This document shows, in pieces, positions 11,483-23,764 of a stretch of DNA of 32,000 nt. The notes below the pieces were generated by a model. The model searched no databases and had not been told where the DNA came from. It saw nothing but the letters and a program-made list of their open reading frames with translations. The DNA comes from Coprobacillaceae bacterium. Lineage in GTDB: Bacteria; Bacillota_I; Bacilli_A; Erysipelotrichales; Coprobacillaceae. The position numbers and the translations under genes were made by a program. Every line of letters starts with the position of its first letter. The first letter of the stretch is position 1. The DNA is taken from the NCBI GenBank assembly GCA_963675515.1, contig OY776328.1:30001-62000 (forward strand). The letters run 5' to 3'.

Positions 11483-13150
11483 TTATTTTGCTTTTAATAT
11501 TGCCCCTGTCGCTGCGGATGTAGCTTGAGCGGCATATCTTACCAAGTAACCTTTTTTGATTTTAGGTTCTTTTGGAACCCAGTTTTCTTTTCTTTTTGCG
11601 AATTCTTCTTCGGTGATATCGACATCCAGACGATGGTTGGTGATATCCACAGTAATCATGTCGCCTTCTTGAACGAACGCGATCGGTCCACCCAATGCCG
11701 CCTCAGGAGAGATATGTCCCAAGCTGGCTCCGCGGGTCGCTCCTGAGAAGCGTCCGTCGGTGATCAGGGCAACATCCTTGTCCAATCCCATTCCGGCGAT
11801 TTCACTTGTCGGTGAAAGCATCTCGCGCATGCCAGGACCGCCTTTAGGTCCTTCATAGCGGATTACAACAACATCACCTTTGACGATTTTTCCGGCTCTG
11901 ATTGCCTCGATTGCATCTTCTTCACAATCGAATACGCGCGCAGGACCAGTATGTTGCATCATTTCCGGTGCCACAGCCGATTGTTTTACAACCGAACCAT
12001 CAGGCGCCAGGTTTCCTTTCAGTACGGCAATTCCACCGATCTCGCTGTATGGATTTTCGATCGGACGGATGATTTCATGATTCGTATTGGTATGCCCGGC
12101 GATGTTTTCTCTTACTGTCTTGCCTGTGCAAGTGATCAGATCAAGATGAAGCAGGTCTTTTTTAGCCAGTTCGTTCATTACCGCATAAACCCCCCCGGCA
12201 TCGTCCAGATCTTCCATGTAGGTGTTTCCAGCAGGCGCCAAGTGGCACAGGTTAGGAGTCTTTCCAGACACTTCATTGGCGATGTCAAGATCCAAGGCAA
12301 CTCCAGCTTCGTAAGCGATCGCTGGCAAGTGCAACATAGTGTTGGTCGAACACCCCAAAGCCATATCGACTGTCAAGGCATTTTCAAATGCTTCTTTGGT
12401 CATTATATCCAATGGACGGATGTCTTTTTTGACCAGATCAACGATCTGCATTCCGGCCATTTTGGCCAGACGGATCCGTGAAGAGTATACTCCTGGAATT
12501 GTCCCGTTGCCGCGCAATCCCATCCCGATGGCCTCAGTCAGACAGTTCATCGAATTGGCAGTGAACATCCCTGAACAAGAACCGCAAGACGGACAAGCTT
12601 TTTCTTCGTATTCGGTAAGTTTTTCCAAAGCGATCTTTCCAGCGTTGAATTGGCCTACCGCTTCGAATACAGACGACAGCGAAGTCTTGCAACCATCACT
12701 CATTTTCCCGGCCAACATCGGTCCGCCTGAGACAAAGATTGTCGGAATATTGACACGCGCCGCCGCCATAAGCAAACCAGGCACGTTCTTGTCGCAGTTA
12801 GGAACCATTACCAGACCGTCGAACTGATGGGCTGTAGCGAGACACTCGGTGCTGTCGGCTACAAGCTCGCGGGTCACCAATGAATATTTCATTCCGGTAT
12901 GGTTCATGGCGATACCGTCACAAACGGCGATTGCCGGTACTTCAACCGGAACCCCCCCTGCCAAGTACACGCCTTTTTTCACCGCTTCAGTGATCTTGTC
13001 CAGGTTGATATGACCCGGAACGATCTCATTGAAGGAGTTGACAACCCCGATCAAAGGGCGTTTCAATTCCTCATCGATAAACCCGTCAGCCTTAAGCAAC
13101 GAACGATGGGGCGCTCTTTGAGGTCCTAATTTTATATTATCACTTTTCAT
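11483..13150 (-). CDS. ilvD: Dihydroxy-acid dehydratase
   Basis: The 555-aa product contains CDGIAMNH, ...[10 protein letters not shown]..., [15 protein letters not shown] and ITDGRFSG motifs. Confidence 0.95.
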   Translation of the reverse strand: MKSDNIKLGPQRAPHRSLLKADGFIDEELKRPLIGVVNSFNEIVPGHINLDKITEAVKKGVYLAGGVPVEVPAIAVCDGIAMNHTGMKYSLVTRELVADSTECLATAHQFDGLVMVPNCDKNVPGLLMAAARVNIPTIFVSGGPMLAGKMSDGCKTSLSSVFEAVGQFNAGKIALEKLTEYEEKACPSCGSCSGMFTANSMNCLTEAIGMGLRGNGTIPGVYSSRIRLAKMAGMQIVDLVKKDIRPLDIMTKEAFENALTVDMALGCSTNTMLHLPAIAYEAGVALDLDIANEVSGKTPNLCHLAPAGNTYMEDLDDAGGVYAVMNELAKKDLLHLDLITCTGKTVRENIAGHTNTNHEIIRPIENPYSEIGGIAVLKGNLAPDGSVVKQSAVAPEMMQHTGPARVFDCEEDAIEAIRAGKIVKGDVVVIRYEGPKGGPGMREMLSPTSEIAGMGLDKDVALITDGRFSGATRGASLGHISPEAALGGPIAFVQEGDMITVDITNHRLDVDITEEEFAKRKENWVPKEPKIKKGYLVRYAAQATSAATGAILKAK

Positions 13151-13152
13151 AG

Positions 13153-14241
13153 TTATTCTCCTAAGTTTTCAACTATTAAATCACCCATTTGACGACAACC
13201 GACTTGCTGGCATCCTGGAGAGAAAATATCGACTGTGCGATAACCCTTGTCCAGAACATCATAAATCGCTTTTTCAATAGCGGCAGCTTCGTCAACCAAA
13301 TTGAAAGTATAGCGCAACATCATTGCGGCCGAAAGAATAGTCGCAATCGGGTTGGCCTTATCCATCGAAGCGATGTCCGGAGCCGAACCGTGTGAAGGTT
13401 CATACATTCCGAATTTGTCTTCTCTAAGACTAGCACTTGAAAGCATTCCGATTGAACCGGTGATCATGCTCGCCTCATCGGAAAGGATATCGCCAAACAT
13501 GTTTTCCGTCAGGATGACGTCGAACTGCTGGGGATTTTTTACCAATTGCATTGCGCAGTTATCCACTAACATATGTTCCAATGAAACATCAGGATATTCC
13601 CCGGCCACCTCATTGACGACCTTGCGCCAGAGTCTTGACGTATCAAGGACATTGGCCTTGTCTACTGAAGTGACTTTGTTTTTTCTAAGCCTTGCGATAT
13701 CGAACGCCCGATAAGCGATCCGTCGGATTTCCGTTTCACTGTAGCTCATGGCGTCGCGGGCAACCAGCTGCCCGTCTTCCATCTGGGTTGACCGCTGGCC
13801 AAAATAAAGACCTCCGGTCAATTCTCTCATTATCATCATGTCGAATCCGCCTTTGATCAGTTCCGGTTTGATCGGACAGGCATCGGCCAACTGTTCGTAC
13901 AAATACGCAGGGCGCAGATTCGCAAACAGTCCCAATTCCTTTCTGATTTTCAACAATCCGGCTTCCGGTCTGAGTTCCGGAGGCAACTGATACCATGGCG
14001 ATGTGTTGGTGTCGCCACCAATCGATCCAAGCAGGATGGCATCCGAGCTTTTCGCAATCGCCAAAGCCTCATCGCTAAGTGGTACACCGTAAGCATCAAT
14101 CGAAGCTCCACCCATTAATATCTGGGTGAAATCGAATTGATGGTTGTATTTTTTTTCGATGGCCTTGAGAACCTTCAATGCCTCATTGACAATTTCCGGG
14201 CCGATGCCATCACCTTTTATAACTGCAATATTCGCTTTCAT
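13153..14241 (-). CDS. leuB: 3-isopropylmalate dehydrogenase
   Basis: The 362-aa product contains [13 protein letters not shown], ...LGSIGG... and [20 protein letters not shown] motifs. Confidence 0.95.
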   Translation of the reverse strand: MKANIAVIKGDGIGPEIVNEALKVLKAIEKKYNHQFDFTQILMGGASIDAYGVPLSDEALAIAKSSDAILLGSIGGDTNTSPWYQLPPELRPEAGLLKIRKELGLFANLRPAYLYEQLADACPIKPELIKGGFDMMIMRELTGGLYFGQRSTQMEDGQLVARDAMSYSETEIRRIAYRAFDIARLRKNKVTSVDKANVLDTSRLWRKVVNEVAGEYPDVSLEHMLVDNCAMQLVKNPQQFDVILTENMFGDILSDEASMITGSIGMLSSASLREDKFGMYEPSHGSAPDIASMDKANPIATILSAAMMLRYTFNLVDEAAAIEKAIYDVLDKGYRTVDIFSPGCQQVGCRQMGDLIVENLGE

Positions 14242-14243
14242 TA

Positions 14244-14729
14244 CTAACCTCTTTTTTTAGCTTTGACATAGTTAACCAAACCATCCAGTTCGATCATTTT
14301 CTGCAAGAACGGTGGAAAAGGTTGGGCCTGGTATGTCTTGTTTTTTGTATGATTGGTAATGATTCCCGTATCGTAATCGACGCTGATGTTGTCGTTGGCT
14401 TCGATATCCTGGCTGGCTTCAACGCATTCGAGTATCGGGAAACCGATATTGATCGAGTTGCGATAGAAAATCCGGGCGAAAGAAGCGGCGATGACACATT
14501 GGACACCAGCTGTTTTCAAGCAAAGTGGCGCATGTTCACGCGACGACCCGCAACCGAAATTTTTTCCGGCAACGATGAAGTCGCCCTTTTCAACAGTTGA
14601 AGCAAAAGAAGCATCGATGTCAGCCATGGCATGGCTGGCAAGTTCCTGCGCATCGAACGAATTCAAATATCTAGCCGGAATGATAACGTCGGTATCGACA
14701 TTGTCTCCGTATTTATAAACTTTACCCAT
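14244..14729 (-). CDS. leuD: 3-isopropylmalate dehydratase small subunit
   Basis: The 161-aa product contains [15 protein letters not shown] and ...[14 protein letters not shown]... It overlaps the leuC stop. Confidence 0.9.
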   Translation of the reverse strand: MGKVYKYGDNVDTDVIIPARYLNSFDAQELASHAMADIDASFASTVEKGDFIVAGKNFGCGSSREHAPLCLKTAGVQCVIAASFARIFYRNSINIGFPILECVEASQDIEANDNISVDYDTGIITNHTKNKTYQAQPFPPFLQKMIELDGLVNYVKAKKRG

Positions 14730-16003
14730 TAGACTACCTCCACTTTTTCAGGATTTGCGATATAACCGGCAATCGCGCTGGCAGCAGCCACTTCCGGCGA
14801 AGCCAGGTAGATCAGTGAATCGACGTGACCCATCCGTCCTACAAAATTGCGGTTCGTGGTTGAAACGCATTTTTCACCGGCTGCGAGCACGCCCATATGG
14901 CCACCCATGCAAGGTCCGCAGCTTGGTGTGTTGAATGTGCATCCTGAATTCACAAAAATTTCTGTCAATCCCTCCATTACACATTGCAAGTAGATTTTTT
15001 GAGTCGCAGGAACGACGATGACGCGGACATTGGGATTCACCTGATGACCTTTCAACAGGGCTGCGGCTTTGCGCAAGTCCTCAATTCTGCCGTTGGTGCA
15101 AGACCCGATGACAACCTGGTCGATATAGATCTTTTCCATTGCTTCGATTTCATCGATTGTTTTCCCGTTGCCTGGCAAATGCGGGAATGCCACAGTCGGA
15201 CGGATTGACCCCAGGTCGATCTCGATGACCTGTTCATATACCGCATCCTCGTCCGCTTTGAAAACTTCATACGGTTTTTTTGAATGTTTTTCGATATAGG
15301 CGGTTGTCTGATCGTCAACTTCGAAGATTCCGTTTTTCGCACCGGCCTCAATCGCCATATTGGCGATGGTGAAGCGGTCGTCCATGGACAGGTTCTTGAT
15401 TCCCTCACCGACGAACTCCATCGATTTGTATAATGCGCCATCGACGCCGATCATGGTGATTATATGCAAAATGACATCTTTGCCTGATACGAATGGCTTT
15501 GGTTTGCCAGTAAGGACGAATTTGATTGCCGCAGGGACTTTGAACCAAAGTTCTCCCACTGCCATCCCGGTTGCAATATCGGTTGTCCCGACACCGGTTG
15601 AAAAGGCACCTAAAGCTCCGTATGTGCAAGTGTGGCTGTCAGCCCCGATGATCAATTCACCGGCAACGACAATACCTTTTTCAGGCAAAAGGGCATGCTC
15701 GATCCCCATCTGGCCGATTTCAAAATAGTTTTTCAAACATTGCTGATGCGAAAATTCTCGGACATCTTTCGCATTTTGCGCAGATTTTATATCTTTAGCC
15801 GGCATGAAGTGGTCAGGAACCAAAACGACTTTTTCAGTGTCGAATACTTTGTCCGCCATTTGTTTGAATATTGGCAGCGCCATAGGTCCGGTAATGTCGT
15901 TAGCCATAACAACATCAAGTTTGGCTTCGATCAACTGCCCCGCAACTACCTCATCCAATCCGGCATGTTTAGCTAGGATTTTTTGTGACATGGTCATTCC
16001 CAT
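14729..16003 (-). CDS. leuC: 3-isopropylmalate dehydratase large subunit (about 420-aa short type)
   Basis: The 424-aa product shows aconitase-family motifs ([32 protein letters not shown]). An RBS AGGAGG lies 8 nt upstream. Confidence 0.9.
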   Translation of the reverse strand: MGMTMSQKILAKHAGLDEVVAGQLIEAKLDVVMANDITGPMALPIFKQMADKVFDTEKVVLVPDHFMPAKDIKSAQNAKDVREFSHQQCLKNYFEIGQMGIEHALLPEKGIVVAGELIIGADSHTCTYGALGAFSTGVGTTDIATGMAVGELWFKVPAAIKFVLTGKPKPFVSGKDVILHIITMIGVDGALYKSMEFVGEGIKNLSMDDRFTIANMAIEAGAKNGIFEVDDQTTAYIEKHSKKPYEVFKADEDAVYEQVIEIDLGSIRPTVAFPHLPGNGKTIDEIEAMEKIYIDQVVIGSCTNGRIEDLRKAAALLKGHQVNPNVRVIVVPATQKIYLQCVMEGLTEIFVNSGCTFNTPSCGPCMGGHMGVLAAGEKCVSTTNRNFVGRMGHVDSLIYLASPEVAAASAIAGYIANPEKVEVV

Positions 16004-16030
16004 TAAAATTTCCTCCTTTTTTGTGGGTTA

Positions 16031-16079
16031 CTACTAGGGAGTGATTCCACTCCCCACTAGCAACACACAAAAGTGTGTG
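16031..16079 (-). other. Two adjacent stem-loops in the ilvC-leuC spacer, neither followed by a U-tract
   Basis: The minus strand reads CACACAC-TTTT-GTGTGT (6 bp), then TGGGGAGTG-GAAT-CACTCCCTA (about 9 bp, GC-rich). The leuC RBS follows directly. Confidence 0.5.
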
Positions 16080-16086
16080 CTGTTTA

Positions 16087-17633
<1,547 letters not shown>

Positions 17634-17635
17634 AA

Positions 17636-19315
17636 TTAATCTCCTTTTTTAGACTGATATAGACGATTCAAAGCCGAAATGATCGCCATGGTCGTTGCCG
17701 TGGTGATGTTCGGATGAACCCCGACTCCGTATTCCTGTTTTGCCGAACCTTTTTCACGCAGCAAGACGTATGAAGCGGCATTTGAAGATGAACCAGAGGT
17801 CAAGGCATGTTCGCTATAGTCAGCCAAATGGGATTGGACCTCACCGAGTTGGTTCAATGCGTCCTTGACGGCATCGATCGGCCCATTGCCATAACCTACC
17901 AGCTCAATGTTCTTGCCATCGCGGTTGACCACAACCAGGGCTTTTCGCTCAAATTCTCCTTCGTCTGAAATATCAATTAATTTCTGAGACACAAACTTAT
18001 AAGGATTGGTATTTTCAACATAGTTATCGACAAAGGTGTCATATACCCGTTCTGGAGAAACTTCACCTTCGACTTCGGAAATATCCTGGATCAGCTTGGC
18101 AAAGTCGATCTGCAATCCCCGAGGGAGATGGAATCCATACATGCTTTCAAGAACGAAAGCGACACCGCCTTTGCCTGATTGGGAATTGATCCTGACAATC
18201 GGCTCATAAGCCCGCCCCAGATCACTTGGATCGACCGGCAAGTAAGGAACTTCCCAGTACTGGCTTTGGCGCTCATGATATTTGCGGATACCCTTGTTGA
18301 TCGCATCCTGATGCGATCCGCTGAAGGCGGTGAAAACCAGTTTGCCCGCATAAGGATGCCGGGGTCCGATTTCCATTTTTGTCACCTTTTCAAAGATGCG
18401 CTTGATTTCATTTATGTTGCCTAGTTCCAGTTCGGGATCAACGCCCTGGGTGAACAGGTTCAATGCCAGAGTGATGATATCGACGTTGCCGGTTCTTTCC
18501 CCGTTGCCAAACAATGTTCCTTCGACCCGGTCGGCACCAGCCATGATCCCAAGCTCGCTCGCAGCCACTCCGGTCCCGCGGTCATTATGGGTGTGCAACG
18601 AAACGATTACCCGATTGCGATTTGTGAATTTGGTGCACATATATTCGATCTGGTCAGCGTAGATGTTCGGAGTCGACTTTTCCTCAGTTGAAGGCAAGTT
18701 GATGATCACTTTGTTATCTTCGCTGGCACCCCATGTATCCATCACTGCTTCGCAGACCTCGATTGCATAATCCAGCTCGGTACCCGTGAAGCTTTCTGGC
18801 GAGTATTCTAGAATCACTTCTCCGGTGAATTCCTGAGACAGCTCTTTTACCAGCTTGACGCCATCGACTGCGATCTGCTTGATTTCTTCTTTCGACTTGT
18901 TGAAGACGACATCGCGCTGCAATGTGGATGTCGAATTGTAGATATGGACAATCGCCCGAGGAAGACCTTCCAGAGCCTCGAATGTCTTTTTGATCAGATG
19001 TTCCCGCGCCTGAGTCAGTACCTGGATGGTGACGTCATCAGGAACCATATCTTCCTCGACCAAAAGTCTCAGGAAGTCATATTCTATCTGCGATGAAGAA
19101 GGGAAACCGACCTCGATTTCCTTGAACCCCATGTCAACTAACAGCTGGAACATTTCCACTTTTTCTTCGATTTTCATAGGTGTGACCAAGGCCTGGTTGC
19201 CATCACGCAGATCCACTGAAACCCATTTAGGGGCCTTGTCTATGACCTTATCCGGCCAAGTCCGATTCGCAATTTTGACTGGTTCAAAGCGTTTATATTT
19301 CTGATAGTTCATCAT
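17636..19315 (-). CDS. leuA: 2-isopropylmalate synthase (long, LeuA type 2 form)
   Basis: The 559-aa product contains WVSVDLRDGNQA, ...SLHTHNDRGTGVA... and a C-terminal regulatory domain. It is the first gene after the T-box leader. Confidence 0.9.
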   Translation of the reverse strand: MMNYQKYKRFEPVKIANRTWPDKVIDKAPKWVSVDLRDGNQALVTPMKIEEKVEMFQLLVDMGFKEIEVGFPSSSQIEYDFLRLLVEEDMVPDDVTIQVLTQAREHLIKKTFEALEGLPRAIVHIYNSTSTLQRDVVFNKSKEEIKQIAVDGVKLVKELSQEFTGEVILEYSPESFTGTELDYAIEVCEAVMDTWGASEDNKVIINLPSTEEKSTPNIYADQIEYMCTKFTNRNRVIVSLHTHNDRGTGVAASELGIMAGADRVEGTLFGNGERTGNVDIITLALNLFTQGVDPELELGNINEIKRIFEKVTKMEIGPRHPYAGKLVFTAFSGSHQDAINKGIRKYHERQSQYWEVPYLPVDPSDLGRAYEPIVRINSQSGKGGVAFVLESMYGFHLPRGLQIDFAKLIQDISEVEGEVSPERVYDTFVDNYVENTNPYKFVSQKLIDISDEGEFERKALVVVNRDGKNIELVGYGNGPIDAVKDALNQLGEVQSHLADYSEHALTSGSSSNAASYVLLREKGSAKQEYGVGVHPNITTATTMAIISALNRLYQSKKGD

Positions 19316-19337
19316 ATTATTACTCCTTTATCTCTAT

Positions 19338-19612
19338 AAAAAAACTCCCGCACACAAAACAAAGCGTTTTGAGGACGAGAGCTATTACACTTCGTGGTTC
19401 CACCTCGATTCATCAATATCTCACGATATCAATCTCAGTAGGTAAAAAAATACCCTAGCTATGTAACGTTAGCTAATCGTAGCAGCCTACTGGAAGTTCA
19501 GCGCTCCACTCCGGGACGAGTTCAATATGCTTATCACGAATCTTTTCACCTGCCAGATTCTCTCTTTGCTTCAAAGAATATTTACTATTCCCCTTCAATG
19601 CGTTTGGGTTGT
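19338..19612 (-). promoter_or_regulatory. T-box riboswitch leader with a leucine (CUC) specifier and a terminator/antiterminator
   Basis: Minus-strand elements are present in the canonical order. These are AGAGAG (GA/K-turn region), a distal loop AGGTGAAAAG, a specifier loop TTGAA-CTC-G (CTC at 19520-19518) and the T-box sequence AATCGAGGTGGAACCACG (19410-19393). A terminator CTCTCGT...GCGGGAG plus TTTTTTT follows. Confidence 0.85.
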
Positions 19613-19619
19613 TAAAAAC

Positions 19620-19648
19620 ATGATATACGTGCCGGTACAAAAAGTCAA
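19620..19648 (-). promoter_or_regulatory. Sigma-A type promoter of the T-box/ilv-leu operon
   Basis: The minus strand has TTGACT (19648-19643), a 17-nt spacer and TATCAT (19625-19620). Confidence 0.6.
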
Positions 19649-19716
19649 CCGATTTTTTCAAATATTTACTCAAATTAAAATTTTGAAAAGGTATTTTACG
19701 AATAATCTAAATTACC

Positions 19717-20757
19717 TCAATTTTCCATACCATATCCAATCAATTCATCGATTAATGTGGGATAATCGTAACCCGCCGCAGCCATCAACATTGGAAACAT
19801 CGAAATATTCGTGAATCCAGGCAAGGTGTTGATTTCATTGAGATATATGGCGTTGCTGTCCTGGTCGAGGAAAAAATCCACCCGGCTGTAGCCAGAACCG
19901 TCGATGGCCCGGTAAGCCCGCAAAGCGAAATCACGGATGGTTTCCTGGATCTTTCCGTCGACAAGGGCGGGAATCACAGTCTTGGACTCGCTGTCCTCGT
20001 ACTTGGATTCGAATGTGTAAAACTCACCATGGGGCATGACCTGCCCGACAGGAGATACTACAACTTCATCATTTCCCATTACCCCGACTTCAAGTTCGGT
20101 GCAGTTTACCGCTTTTTCAACAACGACCTTATCATCATAATAGCTTGCCTTGTTCAATTTTTCCAGCAATTCACTCTTTTTATTGACTTTGTAACATCCC
20201 ACGGAGCTGCCTTGGCGGCTGGCCTTGACAAAGCATGGAAAACCAAGTTTGTTTTCAATCATACTCTCCACGTCATTATGGAAATTGAACTCGTCATCGA
20301 CAACAACCAATTGGCCGCTTTTCAATTTCTTGACATACATAGATGGCGTCTGGGGAATCTTGGCGCACTCCAGGACCTTCTTGGTATATATCTTGTCCAT
20401 GGCTACTGCGCTGGCCAGCACCTTGCACCCGACGTATTTGATATCCGCCAGTTCATAAAGCCCTTGGATTGTCCCGTCTTCGCCGAACAAACCATGAAGC
20501 ATCGGCCACACGACATCGTTTGCTTTGAACAACTCAAAGATATCCGTAACCTTGAGCGAACCTTCCAGCCATTGTTCGCTGTTCAAATCCATCTTTGGAT
20601 CAAGCAGGTAAAAACATCCATCCAGGTCTATTCCAACCAGGGTGAGTTCATATTTTTCCTTGTTGATATTTTTCAATACCGAAGTAGCGGATAGCCGGGA
20701 TATCTTGTGTTCGCTCGACTTGCCTCCGCACATAATTATCAATTTAGTTTTCCCCAT
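19717..20757 (-). CDS. ddl: D-alanine--D-alanine ligase
   Basis: The 346-aa product has an ATP-grasp fold and motifs GGKSSEHKIS, ...HGLFGEDGTIQGL..., GSSVG and LNEINTLPGFT. Confidence 0.95.
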   Translation of the reverse strand: MGKTKLIIMCGGKSSEHKISRLSATSVLKNINKEKYELTLVGIDLDGCFYLLDPKMDLNSEQWLEGSLKVTDIFELFKANDVVWPMLHGLFGEDGTIQGLYELADIKYVGCKVLASAVAMDKIYTKKVLECAKIPQTPSMYVKKLKSGQLVVVDDEFNFHNDVESMIENKLGFPCFVKASRQGSSVGCYKVNKKSELLEKLNKASYYDDKVVVEKAVNCTELEVGVMGNDEVVVSPVGQVMPHGEFYTFESKYEDSESKTVIPALVDGKIQETIRDFALRAYRAIDGSGYSRVDFFLDQDSNAIYLNEINTLPGFTNISMFPMLMAAAGYDYPTLIDELIGYGMEN

Positions 20758-22078
20758 ATTTGTTTACCAATCCTTCAACCACATTTTTCAATTTCATGGA
20801 ATTCGATCCCTTGATCAAAATGACATCATTGTATTCGACTGTTTCAACCAGATCGTCAAGCAATTCCTCATTGCTGTCAAAATGATAAATGACGCCATTG
20901 TAGGCATCCTGAATGACGCCTGTTTCCTTGCCAACCGTGTAGACAATGTCGATATTGAGCTCATTCAGGAAATTTCCGATATCAAGGTGCAGCTCCTTGG
21001 AATAATCTCCCAGTTCAAGCATGTCGCCAATAACCGCAATCTTGCGGCTCTTGTACGCCCCAAGCATCTTCAGGCTGGCTTTTAGACTGTCAGTCGAGCT
21101 GTTGTAGCTTCCATCAAGAATCGTCAATCCATCCAGCTTGATGATATCATGCCGGTTTTTGGTCAGCTTGAAGGTTTCGATGCCCTGTTTGATCAGTCCG
21201 ATATCGATTCCCAGTTCCAGACCCACTCCGACTGCAATCAGGGCGTTGGCCACATAATGTTCGCCTGGAGCCGGAACGACAAAGTGATGCATCTCATTTC
21301 CCAAAATCAGGTCAAACTCGCTTGATTCCAGATCCGATTGGACATTCAATGCCCGGTAATCATTATGGGGACCGAATCCGACCATCCGGTAGTTCGGGAA
21401 CTTTACGGTCCGCAGCAGGTCATTGTCGCCATTGACAATCAGCAGCGCATCGATATTGCCATCCATTATCTCGCATTTTGCTTTAAGGATATTTTCGCGC
21501 GATCCCAGGTTCCCGATATGGGCGGTCCCGACATTTGTGATGCAGGCAACATCAAGGCGGGCAATTTTCGAAAGGTAAGAAATTTCATTTTCGTGATTCA
21601 TCCCCATTTCCAGGACCATCGCTTCTTCTCCGTTGTAATTGAGCATCGTCAAAGGCAGGCCTAGCTCATTATTGTAGTTGCCTTTTGTCGCCAAGGTAGT
21701 GAACTTCTGTCTTACCACATTGGCAATCAGATCCCTGGTGCTTGTCTTGCCCACTGAACCGGTTACCCCGATAACCTTGATGTCGTTATTCATCCTCAGG
21801 TAATGAGCCATCTTTCCAAGCGCTTCAACAACATCATCGACCTTGATCACCAGGGCTCCGGAATAATCACCAGGTTTTGAAACCAGAATGACCTTCGCCC
21901 CCCTGGCAATGGCCATACCGATGAAATCATGGCCGTCAACATTCTCGCCGGCGATCGCCACATAACAATTTCCCGGTTCCACCTGCCGGCTGTCCTGGGT
22001 GATCCCGACAAATCCATCGTTAATGTCACCAGCCACCAGCTCACCGCCAGTTGCCGCTATTATTTCGTAACCCGTCAT
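20744..22078 (-). CDS. murF: UDP-N-acetylmuramoyl-tripeptide--D-alanyl-D-alanine ligase
   Basis: The 444-aa Mur ligase contains the P-loop GVTGSVGKTSTRD, plus ...NYNNELGLP... and a C-terminal DDLVE...ILIKGSNSMKL. It overlaps the ddl start by 14 nt. Confidence 0.9.
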   Translation of the reverse strand: MTGYEIIAATGGELVAGDINDGFVGITQDSRQVEPGNCYVAIAGENVDGHDFIGMAIARGAKVILVSKPGDYSGALVIKVDDVVEALGKMAHYLRMNNDIKVIGVTGSVGKTSTRDLIANVVRQKFTTLATKGNYNNELGLPLTMLNYNGEEAMVLEMGMNHENEISYLSKIARLDVACITNVGTAHIGNLGSRENILKAKCEIMDGNIDALLIVNGDNDLLRTVKFPNYRMVGFGPHNDYRALNVQSDLESSEFDLILGNEMHHFVVPAPGEHYVANALIAVGVGLELGIDIGLIKQGIETFKLTKNRHDIIKLDGLTILDGSYNSSTDSLKASLKMLGAYKSRKIAVIGDMLELGDYSKELHLDIGNFLNELNIDIVYTVGKETGVIQDAYNGVIYHFDSNEELLDDLVETVEYNDVILIKGSNSMKLKNVVEGLVNKYGEN

Positions 22079-23113
22079 TTAAACCTCCATGGCCCCTTCG
22101 AGGGCCTGACTGTCGTCAATAAAATTGTAATTCAAATCACCGTCAATGGTGATGATATGATCGTCCAGAACGATGAATTTGGTGAAATCGATGTTCGCCA
22201 CTAAGACCTGCAATTTTCCCGAATCGTAAGCAACGATTCCCTGATAGGAAACAAACACCAGCTTGTTTTGATAGACGTTTATCATCATGAATGGAAGGAT
22301 ATCGTCATATTCATTGGCATAGATCATGCTTTCCTTTTTTCCATTGAGGTCATATTCCCACAAGCCACTGGTACTGGTGTAATAAACCACCCCTTCGTTT
22401 ACCAGAAATCCAGTCACGGGACTGGAAACGAGCGTTTCGATACCGCCTTGTTCATCAATGACTTTCAACGAGGTCGCGTCGTCAAGATAGTAGACTGCCC
22501 CTTCCACAACCATCAGCGAGTAGCTGGGTTCATCATTCAGTTTAACTTTTTCCAGGCTGGCCAAATCGAGCTTGTATATCGATTCGTTGTCGCTGTCATC
22601 CTGGTAATACAGATTGTTCCCGCTTAGAATCGGATAATAGATATTGCTCAGCAGTTTTTCCGGTGTGTTCACAAATTCTTTGTCGACCCGGTAAAAGTCG
22701 TAATATTCATCGCAATAGTAAATATATTCCTCGTCCACCAGGAGATAGTTCATCACCTTTTCACTGATGCGCTGTTCATCTTGGAATGCGAGAGAATATC
22801 GGTACAGGCCGTCTTTGTTATAGGCGTAACAATTGTCATCATCACAAGCAACCAATCCGCCATAGGCGACTGCAAGCTGGGACTGAAGTTGCGCCTGGTT
22901 GGCAATCGTGACCGCCTGATTGTTGCCGCCCTGGTTGCCACCAAGCGTAAACGCAGGCATGAATTGATAAGCCAGAATTCCCACGACAATGACTGCGACG
23001 GTCACCAGGTAAACCTTATAATTCAAGAATCCTTGCGCGGATCTTTTCTTGTAGCCGCACAATTCACATTCGTTTTTTTCATTCAAATCGTTGTTACATT
23101 TCGGACATTTCAT
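22079..23113 (-). CDS. Membrane-anchored protein: N-terminal zinc ribbon, one TM helix and an extracytoplasmic repeat (beta-propeller-like, DUF5050-like) domain
   Basis: It starts with CPKC...CELCG (a four-Cys ribbon), then the TM segment VYLVTVAVIVVGILAYQF. At least five repeats of the hydrophobic-YY...Y.[LV]D type follow (IYYCDEYYDFYRVD, LYYQDDSDNESIYKLD, VYYLDDATSLKVID, VYYTSTSGLWEYD, LVFVSYQGIVAYD). The stop TAA abuts the murF ATG (TAAATG). Confidence 0.6.
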   Translation of the reverse strand: MKCPKCNNDLNEKNECELCGYKKRSAQGFLNYKVYLVTVAVIVVGILAYQFMPAFTLGGNQGGNNQAVTIANQAQLQSQLAVAYGGLVACDDDNCYAYNKDGLYRYSLAFQDEQRISEKVMNYLLVDEEYIYYCDEYYDFYRVDKEFVNTPEKLLSNIYYPILSGNNLYYQDDSDNESIYKLDLASLEKVKLNDEPSYSLMVVEGAVYYLDDATSLKVIDEQGGIETLVSSPVTGFLVNEGVVYYTSTSGLWEYDLNGKKESMIYANEYDDILPFMMINVYQNKLVFVSYQGIVAYDSGKLQVLVANIDFTKFIVLDDHIITIDGDLNYNFIDDSQALEGAMEV

Positions 23114-23176
23114 GGTACCACCTCACCTAATGATTTTAGCATATTCATTTTAGTTTTTAAACAAAATAATCACAAC

Positions 23177-23202
23177 AAAAAAACACCAGCGTTTAGCCGG
23201 TG
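23177..23202 (-). terminator. Intrinsic terminator after the small membrane protein gene
   Basis: The minus strand reads CACCGGC-TAAAC-GCTGGTG followed by TTTTTTT, directly after the stop codon at 23203-23205. Confidence 0.8.
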
Positions 23203-23496
23203 CTAGTCATTAGTCTCTTCATCAACGACTTCGTAATCGACATCTATGACATCCGATGATCGGTAACCATCTTGGGTCCCCCGATGATACTCGCTTGATT
23301 TTTGCTGCGTCGTATCTGCCCTGCTCTGTCTGACATATTCTTCCATCTGCTTGTTGAGCATGCGACGCTTTATCATTCCATAAACCATTGTCACTCCTAC
23401 GATAAGCCAGAATACCGGACTTTGAATCAGACCGATGAAGATGCTGAAAATCGTAAAAACAACCAAAAACAATATAATGAAATTTATAATATACAT
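23203..23496 (-). CDS. Small membrane protein (97 aa): two predicted TM helices plus an acidic/polar C-terminal tail; function unknown
   Basis: It has hydrophobic segments IINFIILFLVVFTIFSIFIGLI and VFWLIVGVTMVYGMI, an RBS AAGGAG upstream and its own terminator downstream. I recognise no family. Confidence 0.55.
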   Translation of the reverse strand: MYIINFIILFLVVFTIFSIFIGLIQSPVFWLIVGVTMVYGMIKRRMLNKQMEEYVRQSRADTTQQKSSEYHRGTQDGYRSSDVIDVDYEVVDEETND

Positions 23497-23554
23497 TTTC
23501 TTTTTCCAACTCCTTAGACATATATTAGCTAGTGTTTATTAACCAATTATGAAT

Positions 23555-23764
23555 TCAGAATAATTCTTTGATGGGAATTTCCAAACCCCTGGCAATTTTT
23601 TCAATCGTCACCAGTGACACATTCCTGGCCCCGCGTTCGACATCGCTGATGTAATTTTTCGACAGACCGCATCTAAACCCCAATTCCTCCTGGGAAATGT
23701 TCTGTTCCATCCGGATCTTGCGCACCCTATTGCCGAATGTCTTTCCAATATTCTCCATTGTCAT
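23555..23764 (-). CDS. XRE-family helix-turn-helix transcriptional regulator (69 aa)
   Basis: FGNRVRKIRMEQNISQEELGFRCGLSKNYISDVERGARNVSLVTIEKIARGL is a canonical Cro/C1-type HTH. Its start overlaps the whiA stop (ATGA). Confidence 0.85.
   Translation of the reverse strand: MTMENIGKTFGNRVRKIRMEQNISQEELGFRCGLSKNYISDVERGARNVSLVTIEKIARGLEIPIKELF

Noticed and set aside
19473-19673. 66-aa minus-strand ORF upstream of leuA
   Set aside because: It overlaps the promoter and stem I/specifier region of the T-box leader. The region is explained by RNA structure, not coding.
20029-20694. 221-aa ORF on the plus strand, antisense to ddl
   Set aside because: It lies entirely inside ddl, which has unmistakable ATP-grasp motifs on the other strand. 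It has no RBS, and its composition is low-complexity and unlike a real protein. It is a typical shadow ORF.
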